This document shows, one piece after another, positions 53,644-61,957 of a DNA stretch of 64,000 bases. Position 1 is the stretch's first letter. Each line of letters starts with the position of its first letter. This DNA comes from Minisyncoccota bacterium (GTDB lineage Bacteria > Patescibacteriota > Minisyncoccia > Phycocordibacterales > UBA6065): contig JBAZUA010000005.1 of assembly GCA_041661645.1 (NCBI GenBank), positions 14,829 to 78,828 on the forward strand, read 5' to 3'. Position numbers and translations under genes: made by a program. The notes beneath the pieces are model-generated. The model saw nothing but the letters and a program-made list of their open reading frames with translations. It was not told the origin of the DNA and did not search any database.

Positions 53644-55635
53644 ATGAAATTCAAAGACATACTAAGCAAAGCAAAGGGATACGTCTTCAACAGCGAGGAC
53701 GGCCGCGGCGACAAGTACGCTCTCTATCGCTCCATGGGCAGGGCGAATTTCGGGGACGGCAAGAATCAGACCAAGCTCCTCAGCTACAACGACATCTCGC
53801 TCTACGTTAACAGGGCAGTGGACAAGCGCGCCGAGAAGGTGAGCGAGGTCGAGTTCGTTCTCAAGGACTCGAAGGGCAAGGTGGTCGAGCGCAACTGGGT
53901 GATTGACCTCCTCAACAAGCCGAACGACATGCACACCGGCAAGCAGTTCTGGAAGCTCTTCCAGAAGCACTATGACATCACCGGCAACGCCTTCATCCAC
54001 CTCGAGCGCGACGGCGAGCTCTTCTCGAAGAACCCGGTTAAGTCGATGCACCTCCTCACGCCGAACCTCGTGACAGTGAAGTTCAACCCGGAGGGAACGG
54101 AGATCACCGGGTACGACTACGCATCGCCGACCGGCATCATTTCATACACGACCGATGAGGTCATTTACGCTTTCAACCCGGACCCTAGCTGCCCTCTCCG
54201 CGGCGAATCCCTCCTGCGCTCGGGAGTCCGCGCCATCGAGACCGAGATCACCCTCGCCGAATACCACGCTCGCGTCCTTCAGAACGGAGGCAAGGTGGAC
54301 GGCGTGTTCAAGTTCAAGACCCCTCTTAACAAGCAGCAGATCAAGGAGATGAAGGAGGCCTACATCGAGGAGCGCGCCGGCGCTGCAAAGGCGGACATCC
54401 CTCTCTTCCTCGGCGGCGAGGCTGACTACATCAGGCTCGGCCTCAACCCTGAAGAGCTCTCTTACCTCGAGAGCAAGGTATCGACCATCAAGGACATCAC
54501 GGCGCTCACCGGCGTCCCTCTCGCGCTCCTTGGCGTGACGCAGCAGGAGACCTTCGCCAACGCTGACGCGGCGATCGGCGTATTCCTCCGCGAGACCATC
54601 AAGCCACTCATCATCAACCTCGTATCGCTCCTCGACTGGCGTCTCGTGCCGGAGGAGTTCGAGCTCGACTATGTGGACCCGACCCCTGAAGACGTTGACC
54701 GCAAGATAAAGCTCGCCACGGCGGCGTACGGGACCGACTCATCGACCATCAACGAGCGCAGGTCAATGCTCGGCCTCGAGCCATCGACGGAAAAGGAGGC
54801 GGACATGCTCTTCGTGTCGTTCACCAAGACCCCTATCGGATCGGAGCCTGCAGCGCCGGCAGAGAAGTCCATCATGACCAAGGCGGGCAAGGCGATGAAG
54901 CACCCGCTCCAGGACCCGGAGTTCCGAAAGATGTACGGCGACGTTCAGCTCAAGCGCTTCGACAGCAGGCAGTCGCGCATGCTGAAGGACGTCCAGGCCT
55001 ACTTCAAGTCGCAGAAGCTCCGCATCATCGACTCGCTCGGTGGCCTCAAGCAGTTCAAAAAGAAGGGCTTACTCGACGAGATCTTCGACACCTCCCTCGA
55101 GGTCAAGATCGCGCGCGATTCCGTGCTGCCTCTTCTTCGACAGTTCCTCGCTGAAGCCGGCAAGGACGCGACCGAGATGCTCGACTATGATTTCGACTTC
55201 ACCGTCACCTCGAGCATAGAGAGGTGGATAGACGACAGGGTGAACGTGTTCGCCCACGAGATCAACAAGACGACCTTCGGGAAGCTCCAGGACCAGTTCT
55301 CGGAGTCGTTCGAGGCGGGAGAGACCAGGCAGCAGCTCATAAGCCGCATAGAGGGCGTATACGATGGCTTTAACGACGTGCGCGCGAGGACCATCGCCCG
55401 CACCGAGGTCCACGGGGCGATGCAGAAGGGAACCGTCGAGGGCTACCGCCAGGCGGGAAGCCCGATCAAGATCTGGGTGTGGGCATCCGGCGTGAAGGGC
55501 GGCGTCCGGGAGGAGCATGCGGCGATGGACGGTCAGGAGCGCCCGATCGACATGCCTTTCTCGAACGGGCTCATGTGGCCGGGCGACCCGTCGGGAGATC
55601 CGGGCGAGACGGTGAACTGCGAGTGCACGATCTGA
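53644..55635 (+). CDS. Portal protein fused to a C-terminal Mu-F/SPP1-gp7-like head morphogenesis domain
   Basis: Portal-like body. The C-terminal VRARTIARTEV...WVWASGVKGGVREEHAAMDGQ matches the Phage_Mu_F domain. The start was set at 53644 because the ORF-track start lies inside the hairpin. Confidence 0.7.
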   Translation: MKFKDILSKAKGYVFNSEDGRGDKYALYRSMGRANFGDGKNQTKLLSYNDISLYVNRAVDKRAEKVSEVEFVLKDSKGKVVERNWVIDLLNKPNDMHTGKQFWKLFQKHYDITGNAFIHLERDGELFSKNPVKSMHLLTPNLVTVKFNPEGTEITGYDYASPTGIISYTTDEVIYAFNPDPSCPLRGESLLRSGVRAIETEITLAEYHARVLQNGGKVDGVFKFKTPLNKQQIKEMKEAYIEERAGAAKADIPLFLGGEADYIRLGLNPEELSYLESKVSTIKDITALTGVPLALLGVTQQETFANADAAIGVFLRETIKPLIINLVSLLDWRLVPEEFELDYVDPTPEDVDRKIKLATAAYGTDSSTINERRSMLGLEPSTEKEADMLFVSFTKTPIGSEPAAPAEKSIMTKAGKAMKHPLQDPEFRKMYGDVQLKRFDSRQSRMLKDVQAYFKSQKLRIIDSLGGLKQFKKKGLLDEIFDTSLEVKIARDSVLPLLRQFLAEAGKDATEMLDYDFDFTVTSSIERWIDDRVNVFAHEINKTTFGKLQDQFSESFEAGETRQQLISRIEGVYDGFNDVRARTIARTEVHGAMQKGTVEGYRQAGSPIKIWVWASGVKGGVREEHAAMDGQERPIDMPFSNGLMWPGDPSGDPGETVNCECTI

Positions 55636-55636
55636 T

Positions 55637-55739
55637 TTGTTGCTTTGTCCGGGCGTGGTATAATTATCTTAACAATCGAATAAATTACCCGTAGTGAACT
55701 ACACATGGGCATCTCGCAAGAGGTGCCCATTTTATATTT
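55637..55739 (+). promoter_or_regulatory. Cassette b: TTGTTG, 16-nt spacer, TGG-TATAAT (55656-55664), box ACAATCGAATA..CCGTAG, hairpin 55707-55728, T-rich tract, then ATG
   Basis: Read directly. Confidence 0.5.
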
Positions 55740-56495
55740 ATGAAAAAGAAATTCCTTTCAATCGAACACAAGAGCCTCAGCGACTTCGGAGTCGTTAACT
55801 TTAAGGAGCTCTGGGAGAAGGCAAAGAGCGAGGGCTTCGAGGGGATTTCCGTGTGCGTGCTCTCCACGTTCACCAAGACGGCCGACTCGGACGTCTTCCA
55901 CGCCATCTTCTCGTCTTCGAACGAGGACAGGCATGGCGACATAGTGCAGCAGGTCTTCGACCTCAAGGGCTTCATGCGAAACCCGGTATTCCTCGACAGC
56001 CACAACTACGACTCGATCGAGCACATCATCGGCAAGATCGTCTCCATCGGCGTCACCGAGGGCAAGCTCCAGGGCGACATCGAGTTCGCTCTCGACAATC
56101 CGAAGGGCGTGCTTGCGCGCAACCTCGCGGAGAAGGGCTTCCTCAACACCACGTCCATCGGCTTCATCCCGAAGGTATTCAACGACGAGGGGCACATCCT
56201 CGAATCCGAGCTCCTCGAGATCTCGGCCGTATCGGTCCCTGCCAACAAGGACGCGACCTTCGAGAAGAAGGCAGAGGCACCGGAGAAGAAGGAGGTCGCA
56301 GCGGAGCCCGTAGTCGAGCCTAAGAAGGTGAACGCGAAGGCGATCGCCGTGAAGGCAACCGCCGATCTCGCCGGCGAGAGGACGCAGCTCCTCAAGAGCC
56401 TCGCGAAGAACGTGAGGGAGCTCGTGGAGGACGGCAAGAAGGAGCGATCAAGGAAGATCTACCAGATCGTCCGCGAGCTCGCAGAAAAAAACTAA
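55740..56495 (+). CDS. HK97-family prohead protease (S78/U35) with a scaffold-like C-terminus
   Basis: RHGDIV, NPVFLDSHNYD and EISAVSVPANKDA. Confidence 0.7.
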   Translation: MKKKFLSIEHKSLSDFGVVNFKELWEKAKSEGFEGISVCVLSTFTKTADSDVFHAIFSSSNEDRHGDIVQQVFDLKGFMRNPVFLDSHNYDSIEHIIGKIVSIGVTEGKLQGDIEFALDNPKGVLARNLAEKGFLNTTSIGFIPKVFNDEGHILESELLEISAVSVPANKDATFEKKAEAPEKKEVAAEPVVEPKKVNAKAIAVKATADLAGERTQLLKSLAKNVRELVEDGKKERSRKIYQIVRELAEKN

Positions 56496-56587
56496 ACATT
56501 TCAAAAGACCAGATAGCGGCACTCATATCCCCTGTGCCGCACTCGCGCAAGCGATGGGCTGAAATTATAAGTTAGTTTTATACGTTT

Positions 56588-57967
56588 ATGTTTAAGCTTT
56601 ACAAGCTCATAAAGTCCCTGATGGCTCAGGGTTTTGCTACCGCAGAGCAGAAGGCACAGGTTGCGGCGCTCTACAAGGAATTGGAGGGCGAGGAGAAGGA
56701 GGCTGCTAAGGACGAGGTTGAGGCTGCTAACAAGCTTCCTGAGACCGATCCGAAGGCGACCGACGACGAGAAGGAACTCGAGAAGAACATCAAGTCCCTC
56801 GTCAAGAAGGCAGTCAAGGATGAGACCGCGGAAGGTTTCACCAAGGCCGTCGAAGGCATCAAGTCTGAGTTCAAGGCATGGGCCGAGAAGCAGATGGAGG
56901 CGATGAAGAAGCAGGCCGGTAACTTCCACCCTGACGTTCAGGCGAAGAGGAAGGGCTTCAGCTCGTACCTCCGCAAGTTCGCTACGGCGCTCGTCAGCAA
57001 TGACGCTGTCGCTCTCAAGGAACTCACCACCAGCGCAGCAGGCACTCCGTTCGGAGGCTATGTAGTCGATGGCGAGCTCTCCGCTGAGATCCGACACCTC
57101 GTCACTGAGTACGGTGTCGCTCGTCGCGAGATGATGACCGTTCAGTTGACCAAGCACTCGTACGAGGCGAACGCTCTCGTCACGGATGTCACGGTAGCGT
57201 GGGCAGACGAGGCCGCGGCTATCGGATCGACGCAGGTTGTATTGGGCCAGGAATCCCTCGAGCTCAAGAAGCTCGCGGCTATCGTTACCCTCACTCGTGA
57301 GCTCCTCGAGGACGAAGAGATTGACCTCTTTGCCTTCATCGCGGCTCGCGTTGCTGAAGGTTTCGCACGCAAGGAGGACGCGGCGTTCTTCACGGGCGAA
57401 GGATCGGGCGACACTGCGAACGGCGAGTTCACGGGTCTCCTCTTCAACGCTGACGTCACGCCGGTCACTATCCCTGTGCGCGGCTCGCTCAACGGCCAGT
57501 CGTTCACTCACATGACCGCTGACGATCTCCTCGCTATGCAGGATGCAGTGCCTCAGGCTGTCGCATCGAAGGGCAAGTACTTCATGCACCGCTCTGTCCG
57601 CAGCATCGTCCGCAGGCTCAAGGACAACGAGAACCAGTACATCTACCAGGCTCCTTCCGAGAACGGTCCTGCGACCATCTGGGGAAGGCCAGTCGTCGAG
57701 GTCGAAGTCATGCCTTCGTCCACCGACACCGCTGCTGACACTCCATTCGTAATCTACGGCGACCTCAAGGTTGCTTCGATCCTCGGATACAAGGGTGGCA
57801 TCTCGGCTGATAGGTTCAACGCCGGTACGGTAAGGAATGTCGCCGGAAACGCTGACATCAACCTCATCACTACCGACCGCGAGGCTATCCGATGGGTTGA
57901 GCGAGTTGGTGCGATCACCATCCTCCCTTCGTCGGTAGCTGTCCTCAGCACCGCGTCAGGCTCTTAA
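56588..57967 (+). CDS. Major capsid protein, HK97 fold, with an N-terminal coiled-coil delta domain
   Basis: About 100 aa of N-terminal coiled coil followed by the Phage_capsid-like core (GGYVV, TDREAIRWVERVG). Confidence 0.75.
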   Translation: MFKLYKLIKSLMAQGFATAEQKAQVAALYKELEGEEKEAAKDEVEAANKLPETDPKATDDEKELEKNIKSLVKKAVKDETAEGFTKAVEGIKSEFKAWAEKQMEAMKKQAGNFHPDVQAKRKGFSSYLRKFATALVSNDAVALKELTTSAAGTPFGGYVVDGELSAEIRHLVTEYGVARREMMTVQLTKHSYEANALVTDVTVAWADEAAAIGSTQVVLGQESLELKKLAAIVTLTRELLEDEEIDLFAFIAARVAEGFARKEDAAFFTGEGSGDTANGEFTGLLFNADVTPVTIPVRGSLNGQSFTHMTADDLLAMQDAVPQAVASKGKYFMHRSVRSIVRRLKDNENQYIYQAPSENGPATIWGRPVVEVEVMPSSTDTAADTPFVIYGDLKVASILGYKGGISADRFNAGTVRNVAGNADINLITTDREAIRWVERVGAITILPSSVAVLSTASGS

Positions 57968-58028
57968 TCCCTAGCGGATTGAACTGATACTTTGGCCCTT
58001 TAGGGGGCCAAGGCTAACAGCTCAAACC

Positions 58029-58169
58029 ATGAAAAACAAATTCATCTACAAGAACAAGAAGACCGGCCAGAAGGTCTATTCGGACAAGCCTCTCAACGAC
58101 AAGGATCTCGTGCTCGTTAAGCAGGTCCGGGACGGCCGGATGAAGGGCAACGAGGTAACGCAGAAATAA
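58029..58169 (+). CDS. Small basic ORF (46 aa), not in the ORF track
   Basis: Manual translation gives MKNKFIYKNKKTGQKVYSDKPLNDKDLVLVKQVRDGRMKGNEVTQK. It fills the gap between the capsid and connector genes. Confidence 0.25.
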   Translation: MKNKFIYKNKKTGQKVYSDKPLNDKDLVLVKQVRDGRMKGNEVTQK

Positions 58170-58171
58170 CC

Positions 58172-58771
58172 ATGAGGAAATACACCACAGCGGAAAAGAT
58201 AGGCGACTACATGCTGATCGACATCGACCCGACCTTCGAGGACAAGGTTGACGGGTGGATCGAGGGCGTCTCTCGCATGCTCGACCAGGCGGCGAACAGG
58301 AAGCTCGTGGCCGAAGAGGCGGGCGAGGGCGAGGAAGACGCATCGCTCGAGGACAAGTACTTCGACGGCAACGGCCAGCGCTTCCTCACGATCGACGACT
58401 GCGTGGAGGTGGAGGAGGTGGCGATCGGAGACATCAACGGCGATAACGAGGAGGAGACCGAGGACTACCTCACATACCCTCGAATCGCCCCTATACGCCG
58501 CTTGATCCTCAAAGGCGGGGTTTTCTCCGCAGGCGTGCAGAACGTGCGCGTAAAGGCGCGCTGGGGCCTATTCGCCGACGTTCCGAAGGACATAGAGCTC
58601 GCGTGCACCATCATCGTCGCAGGCGTCATCAACGCATCGACGCCGGGCAAGCAGGCGATCAAGTCCGAGAGCATCGGAAACTACCAGGTCGCCTATACGG
58701 ACGAGAAGGGCATCGCGGACTTCGATCGCGCGAAGTCGATCATAGACACCTATCGAAAACATGATTTCTGA
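58172..58771 (+). CDS. Putative head-tail connector protein
   Basis: Positional call; acidic central region. Confidence 0.4.
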   Translation: MRKYTTAEKIGDYMLIDIDPTFEDKVDGWIEGVSRMLDQAANRKLVAEEAGEGEEDASLEDKYFDGNGQRFLTIDDCVEVEEVAIGDINGDNEEETEDYLTYPRIAPIRRLILKGGVFSAGVQNVRVKARWGLFADVPKDIELACTIIVAGVINASTPGKQAIKSESIGNYQVAYTDEKGIADFDRAKSIIDTYRKHDF

Positions 58772-59090
58772 TTTCTACAAAACCCTGTTCGTGGTGAAGC
58801 GATCGGTCTGGACCACAGACGGATCTGACAATCCGTACTCGGAGGAGCAGGAAGTCGGCCAGTTCATGGGTCACATTCAGCAGGCGGCCCCCGAGCTCGT
58901 GCAGAGCCTTGGCCTGTCCCTCACGAAGTCGTTCTCGATTTGGTGCCCGGTAGACACGGACGTCCGCGAGGGCGACTCGCTCACGAGCGTCCAGGGAGTC
59001 TACTCTGTCCGGGCGGTTCAGCAGAACGCGGTCGGCAGCAACAAGCACCTGCAGCTCGTCGTCATGCTCGATCAGATAAGCGGATCATAA
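58761..59090 (+). CDS. Putative head-tail adaptor / head closure protein
   Basis: Positional call; size about 110 aa. Confidence 0.35.
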   Translation: MISDFYKTLFVVKRSVWTTDGSDNPYSEEQEVGQFMGHIQQAAPELVQSLGLSLTKSFSIWCPVDTDVREGDSLTSVQGVYSVRAVQQNAVGSNKHLQLVVMLDQISGS

Positions 59091-59096
59091 AAACCC

Positions 59097-59522
59097 ATGT
59101 CAACAGGCTTCACCATCGACAGCAGGGGATTCAGGGAGCTTCAGGCGGCGGCGAAGAGGAACCCGGAGAAGGTCAAATCGGAAGTCGGCAAATTCCTGCA
59201 GAGGGGAATGGCCGCTTACAAGAGGGTCATCTTCAATAGCCCCTGGCGCGTAGGCGGATCGGGAGGCGGCGCGCCGGTGGCACAGGCCGAGTCCGGCGGA
59301 AACCTGAGGCAGACCCACATGACCGAGATCCAGGCGTGGCAGGCGCGGGTTTTCCCGACCGCGCCGTACGCGCCGTACGTTCACGGCATCGAGGGATATC
59401 CGCGCAAGCGCAGCTATCAGCTCAGGCCGTGGCTCGACTATGCCGCAGAGAAGTCCGCGGGCGAAATCGAGAAGCTCCAGGACGAGATGATCGGGAACAT
59501 AGTAGGTGATCTAGCAAAATAA
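59097..59522 (+). CDS. HK97 gp10-like neck/tail protein
   Basis: Positional call and size. Confidence 0.35.
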   Translation: MSTGFTIDSRGFRELQAAAKRNPEKVKSEVGKFLQRGMAAYKRVIFNSPWRVGGSGGGAPVAQAESGGNLRQTHMTEIQAWQARVFPTAPYAPYVHGIEGYPRKRSYQLRPWLDYAAEKSAGEIEKLQDEMIGNIVGDLAK

Positions 59523-59533
59523 ATTATACACAC

Positions 59534-59956
59534 ATGCAACAGGCGATACTTCAAAAAATAAAAGAGATCCTCCAGGGCATAACCGCCATCAAAGAGATCT
59601 ACGACTACCCGCTCGACGGCAACCCGAAGAAGTTTCCGGCGGCGATATTCTATTTCGACAGCTTCGACAACTCTTTCGAGACGGTCCGCGACAACTTCAT
59701 CGTGCTCCGCTTCAAGCTCTTCCTCGTGGTCAATCTCTCCGGGACGACTGAGGCCGAGGTATACCAGTCGATCATGCCGAAGCTCATGGATGCGGTCGTG
59801 CCCGCGATAAACTCGGCCTGGAACATGGGCGACGTCGAGGGGCAGCGCGCATGGGGCCTGCTTACCGGAGGAAACGTCACCCTGAGCGTCGAGCAGCAGG
59901 CGAAGCAGGCGACGGCCGACCTGACGATCCAGGTCAAGCTTTCCACTTCCGTATAG
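59534..59956 (+). CDS. Putative tail completion / tail terminator protein
   Basis: Positional call. Confidence 0.35.
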   Translation: MQQAILQKIKEILQGITAIKEIYDYPLDGNPKKFPAAIFYFDSFDNSFETVRDNFIVLRFKLFLVVNLSGTTEAEVYQSIMPKLMDAVVPAINSAWNMGDVEGQRAWGLLTGGNVTLSVEQQAKQATADLTIQVKLSTSV

Positions 59957-60061
59957 GGTTGTGGTATAATAGAGCTACAATTTAATAGCAATCCGCAGGA
60001 AAAGATCCGTGGACTCATTCTCGAAGGAGATGGGTCCATTTTTCGTTTAACAATAAAATTT
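59955..60061 (+). promoter_or_regulatory. Cassette c: TGG-TATAAT (59962-59970), box ACAATTTAATA..CCGCAG, compound hairpin 60009-60037, T-rich tract, then ATG
   Basis: Read directly. Confidence 0.5.
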
Positions 60062-61042
60062 ATGAATTACGTAGGAAGGCAAAAGCTCGTCGGTCTCGCG
60101 CTCGAAGCAACGCGCGGCGTCGCCGAATCAGTGGCAGCAAAATGGCTGAAGCATGTCGATAACGACATCTATCCTCGCGTCACCAAGGTGGTGGACGACA
60201 GCCATTTCGGAGTTCTCGAGGACTCGCAGGGATCGAGGGTCGTTCAGAAGTGGCTCGAGGGAACGATCAACGGCATCGTGCACGCGGATTCTATCGGCTA
60301 CCTGCTCGCGAACATCTACGGATCGGTCGCGACCGAGGCGCTCGGCGATGGCGTATACGAGCACACGTTCGACCTCCTGCAGAACATCGAGCACCCGACG
60401 CTCTCGATCTTCGTCCATGACTCTGACGTGGACAAGTCCGTCATCAACTGCGGCGTCATCAGCTCCCTCGAGCTCAGCGCCTCAGTGGACGACTACCTCC
60501 GCTTCACCGCGGGCATCGTCGCGAAGGAGAAGGCAGCGAACTCAGACACGCCTTCGTTCGACGCGGAGAACGACTTCATCGGCCGAGACGTCTCCATCCA
60601 GCTCGCCGACACCCTCGAAGGCCTGGACGCAGCTCCTGTCATCAAGGCGAAGAACTTCACGATCTCGAAGGACCCTGGCGTCGTTCGCGACCACGTGCTC
60701 GGATCGCAGGTAGCCGACGGCATCTATAACTCGAAGATGGCGATCGAGGGCAACTTCGTCATCAACCACAACGGCACGACCTACGAAGCGCTCCTCACCG
60801 GAGACACCGCGAAGTTCATGAAGGTGACTATCGAAAGCGCCGCGGTCATCGGTTCCGATGATCATCCTTCGCTCACCTACGTCTTCCACAAGATCCAGGT
60901 CCAGGACAGGAGCAGGATCGGAGGCAACGACGAGCTCGTCACCGAGGAGGTCGGATTCAAGGCTTTCTACAACCAGACGACCGGCAAGGCAAGCACGGCG
61001 ATCCTCGTAAACAAAACGGCTAGCTACGCAACTGGCAGCTAG
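60062..61042 (+). CDS. Putative major tail protein
   Basis: 326 aa, beta-rich. It lies between the connector genes and the chaperone and tape measure genes, and has its own late-promoter cassette. Confidence 0.45.
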   Translation: MNYVGRQKLVGLALEATRGVAESVAAKWLKHVDNDIYPRVTKVVDDSHFGVLEDSQGSRVVQKWLEGTINGIVHADSIGYLLANIYGSVATEALGDGVYEHTFDLLQNIEHPTLSIFVHDSDVDKSVINCGVISSLELSASVDDYLRFTAGIVAKEKAANSDTPSFDAENDFIGRDVSIQLADTLEGLDAAPVIKAKNFTISKDPGVVRDHVLGSQVADGIYNSKMAIEGNFVINHNGTTYEALLTGDTAKFMKVTIESAAVIGSDDHPSLTYVFHKIQVQDRSRIGGNDELVTEEVGFKAFYNQTTGKASTAILVNKTASYATGS

Positions 61043-61078
61043 TCCGTTCGTCCGGGACGACGTAAAACTAAGTTCTTT

Positions 61079-61420
61079 CTAACCCGTCACGACAGCGAGC
61101 ACGATCACGAGGGCGACGATGAGGGCAAATGCGATCGGCACGGCTATGAGCACCCTCTTCCACTTGAGCATAGGCTCAGCGTTATCGAGAGCCGAGAGGT
61201 TCACGCCAGGAGTTCCCGGAAGGGAATACTTCGCGGCAAAGACCTCGTTCGACATGCTCGCGTAGCGCACGAAGTCGATCAGTGCGAGCAGGGCGGGAAT
61301 CAGCGTCCACGAGAACACGAGGTAAAGCACCCCGGCCGTGACCTGATTGAGATAGAACTTATGAACGCCGAGTCCTCCGAGGAAAAGGGCGAGTACCGCT
61401 GCAATCCCGCGCTGCTTCAT
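61079..61420 (-). CDS. TM2 domain-containing membrane protein
   Basis: LGGLGVHKFYLNQVTAGVLYL matches the TM2 motif. It is the only minus-strand gene in the prophage. Confidence 0.5.
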   Translation of the reverse strand: MKQRGIAAVLALFLGGLGVHKFYLNQVTAGVLYLVFSWTLIPALLALIDFVRYASMSNEVFAAKYSLPGTPGVNLSALDNAEPMLKWKRVLIAVPIAFALIVALVIVLAVVTG

Positions 61421-61463
61421 AACAAGTTTGATTAGCCTTTAATAAGAAGATATTACAAAAACC

Positions 61464-61766
61464 ATGCAAATAGTCAAATTGTCAAATAGCGAGGTCGAGA
61501 TCAAGAAGTCTCTCACCCTGGGAGAGTTCAACCGCGTTCAGATCGCCCTCAACGGCGACGGTCCCGTATCGGCGGCCGGATGGACGGCTAAAAACCTCAT
61601 CGAAGGCCAGACCGTCCTGCTCAGCATCGTGATCAAGAAGATCAAGGAGGGGGACAAGGAGGTCGCGTTCAGCAGGGAATGGCTCGACGCCCTTTCCTTG
61701 GCGGACGGATCTGTGCTTCTCGATGTGGCGCAGGAGATCATTGTCGAAGCGAATAAAAAAAAATAA
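61464..61766 (+). CDS. Tail assembly chaperone (G-like)
   Basis: 100-aa acidic protein immediately upstream of the tape measure gene. It ends in KKK* within an A9 run. Confidence 0.5.
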   Translation: MQIVKLSNSEVEIKKSLTLGEFNRVQIALNGDGPVSAAGWTAKNLIEGQTVLLSIVIKKIKEGDKEVAFSREWLDALSLADGSVLLDVAQEIIVEANKKK

Positions 61767-61948
61767 TCCCCGGGCTCCGGTTTCAGCTTGAGGGTAAGGC
61801 GGCTCCATGCGACTACGTTGTGATGGAAATGCTCTCAGACAGATATGGCTGGACGCCGGACGAGATCAAGGAGATGTCGCTCGAGGACCTGTCGAGCTAC
61901 ATGGCGATCATCTCGGAGAAGAACAGGATCAAGAATCGTAAAAAATAG
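61755..61948 (+). other. Candidate programmed -1 ribosomal frameshift: an A9 slippery run (61755-61763) with the -1 frame open to 61948, giving a GT-like fusion
   Basis: The zero frame reads AAT AAA AAA AAA TAA. The -1 frame continues KKIIPGLRFQLEGKAAPCDYVVMEMLSDRYGWTPDEIKEMSLEDLSSYMAIISEKNRIKNRKK*. Confidence 0.45.
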
Positions 61949-61957
61949 AACACCTAT

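Noticed and set aside
56501-57589. 362-aa minus-strand ORF (also 50841..51872)
   Set aside because: It is antisense to the major capsid gene (the second is antisense to the terminase region). The + strand calls have family motifs.
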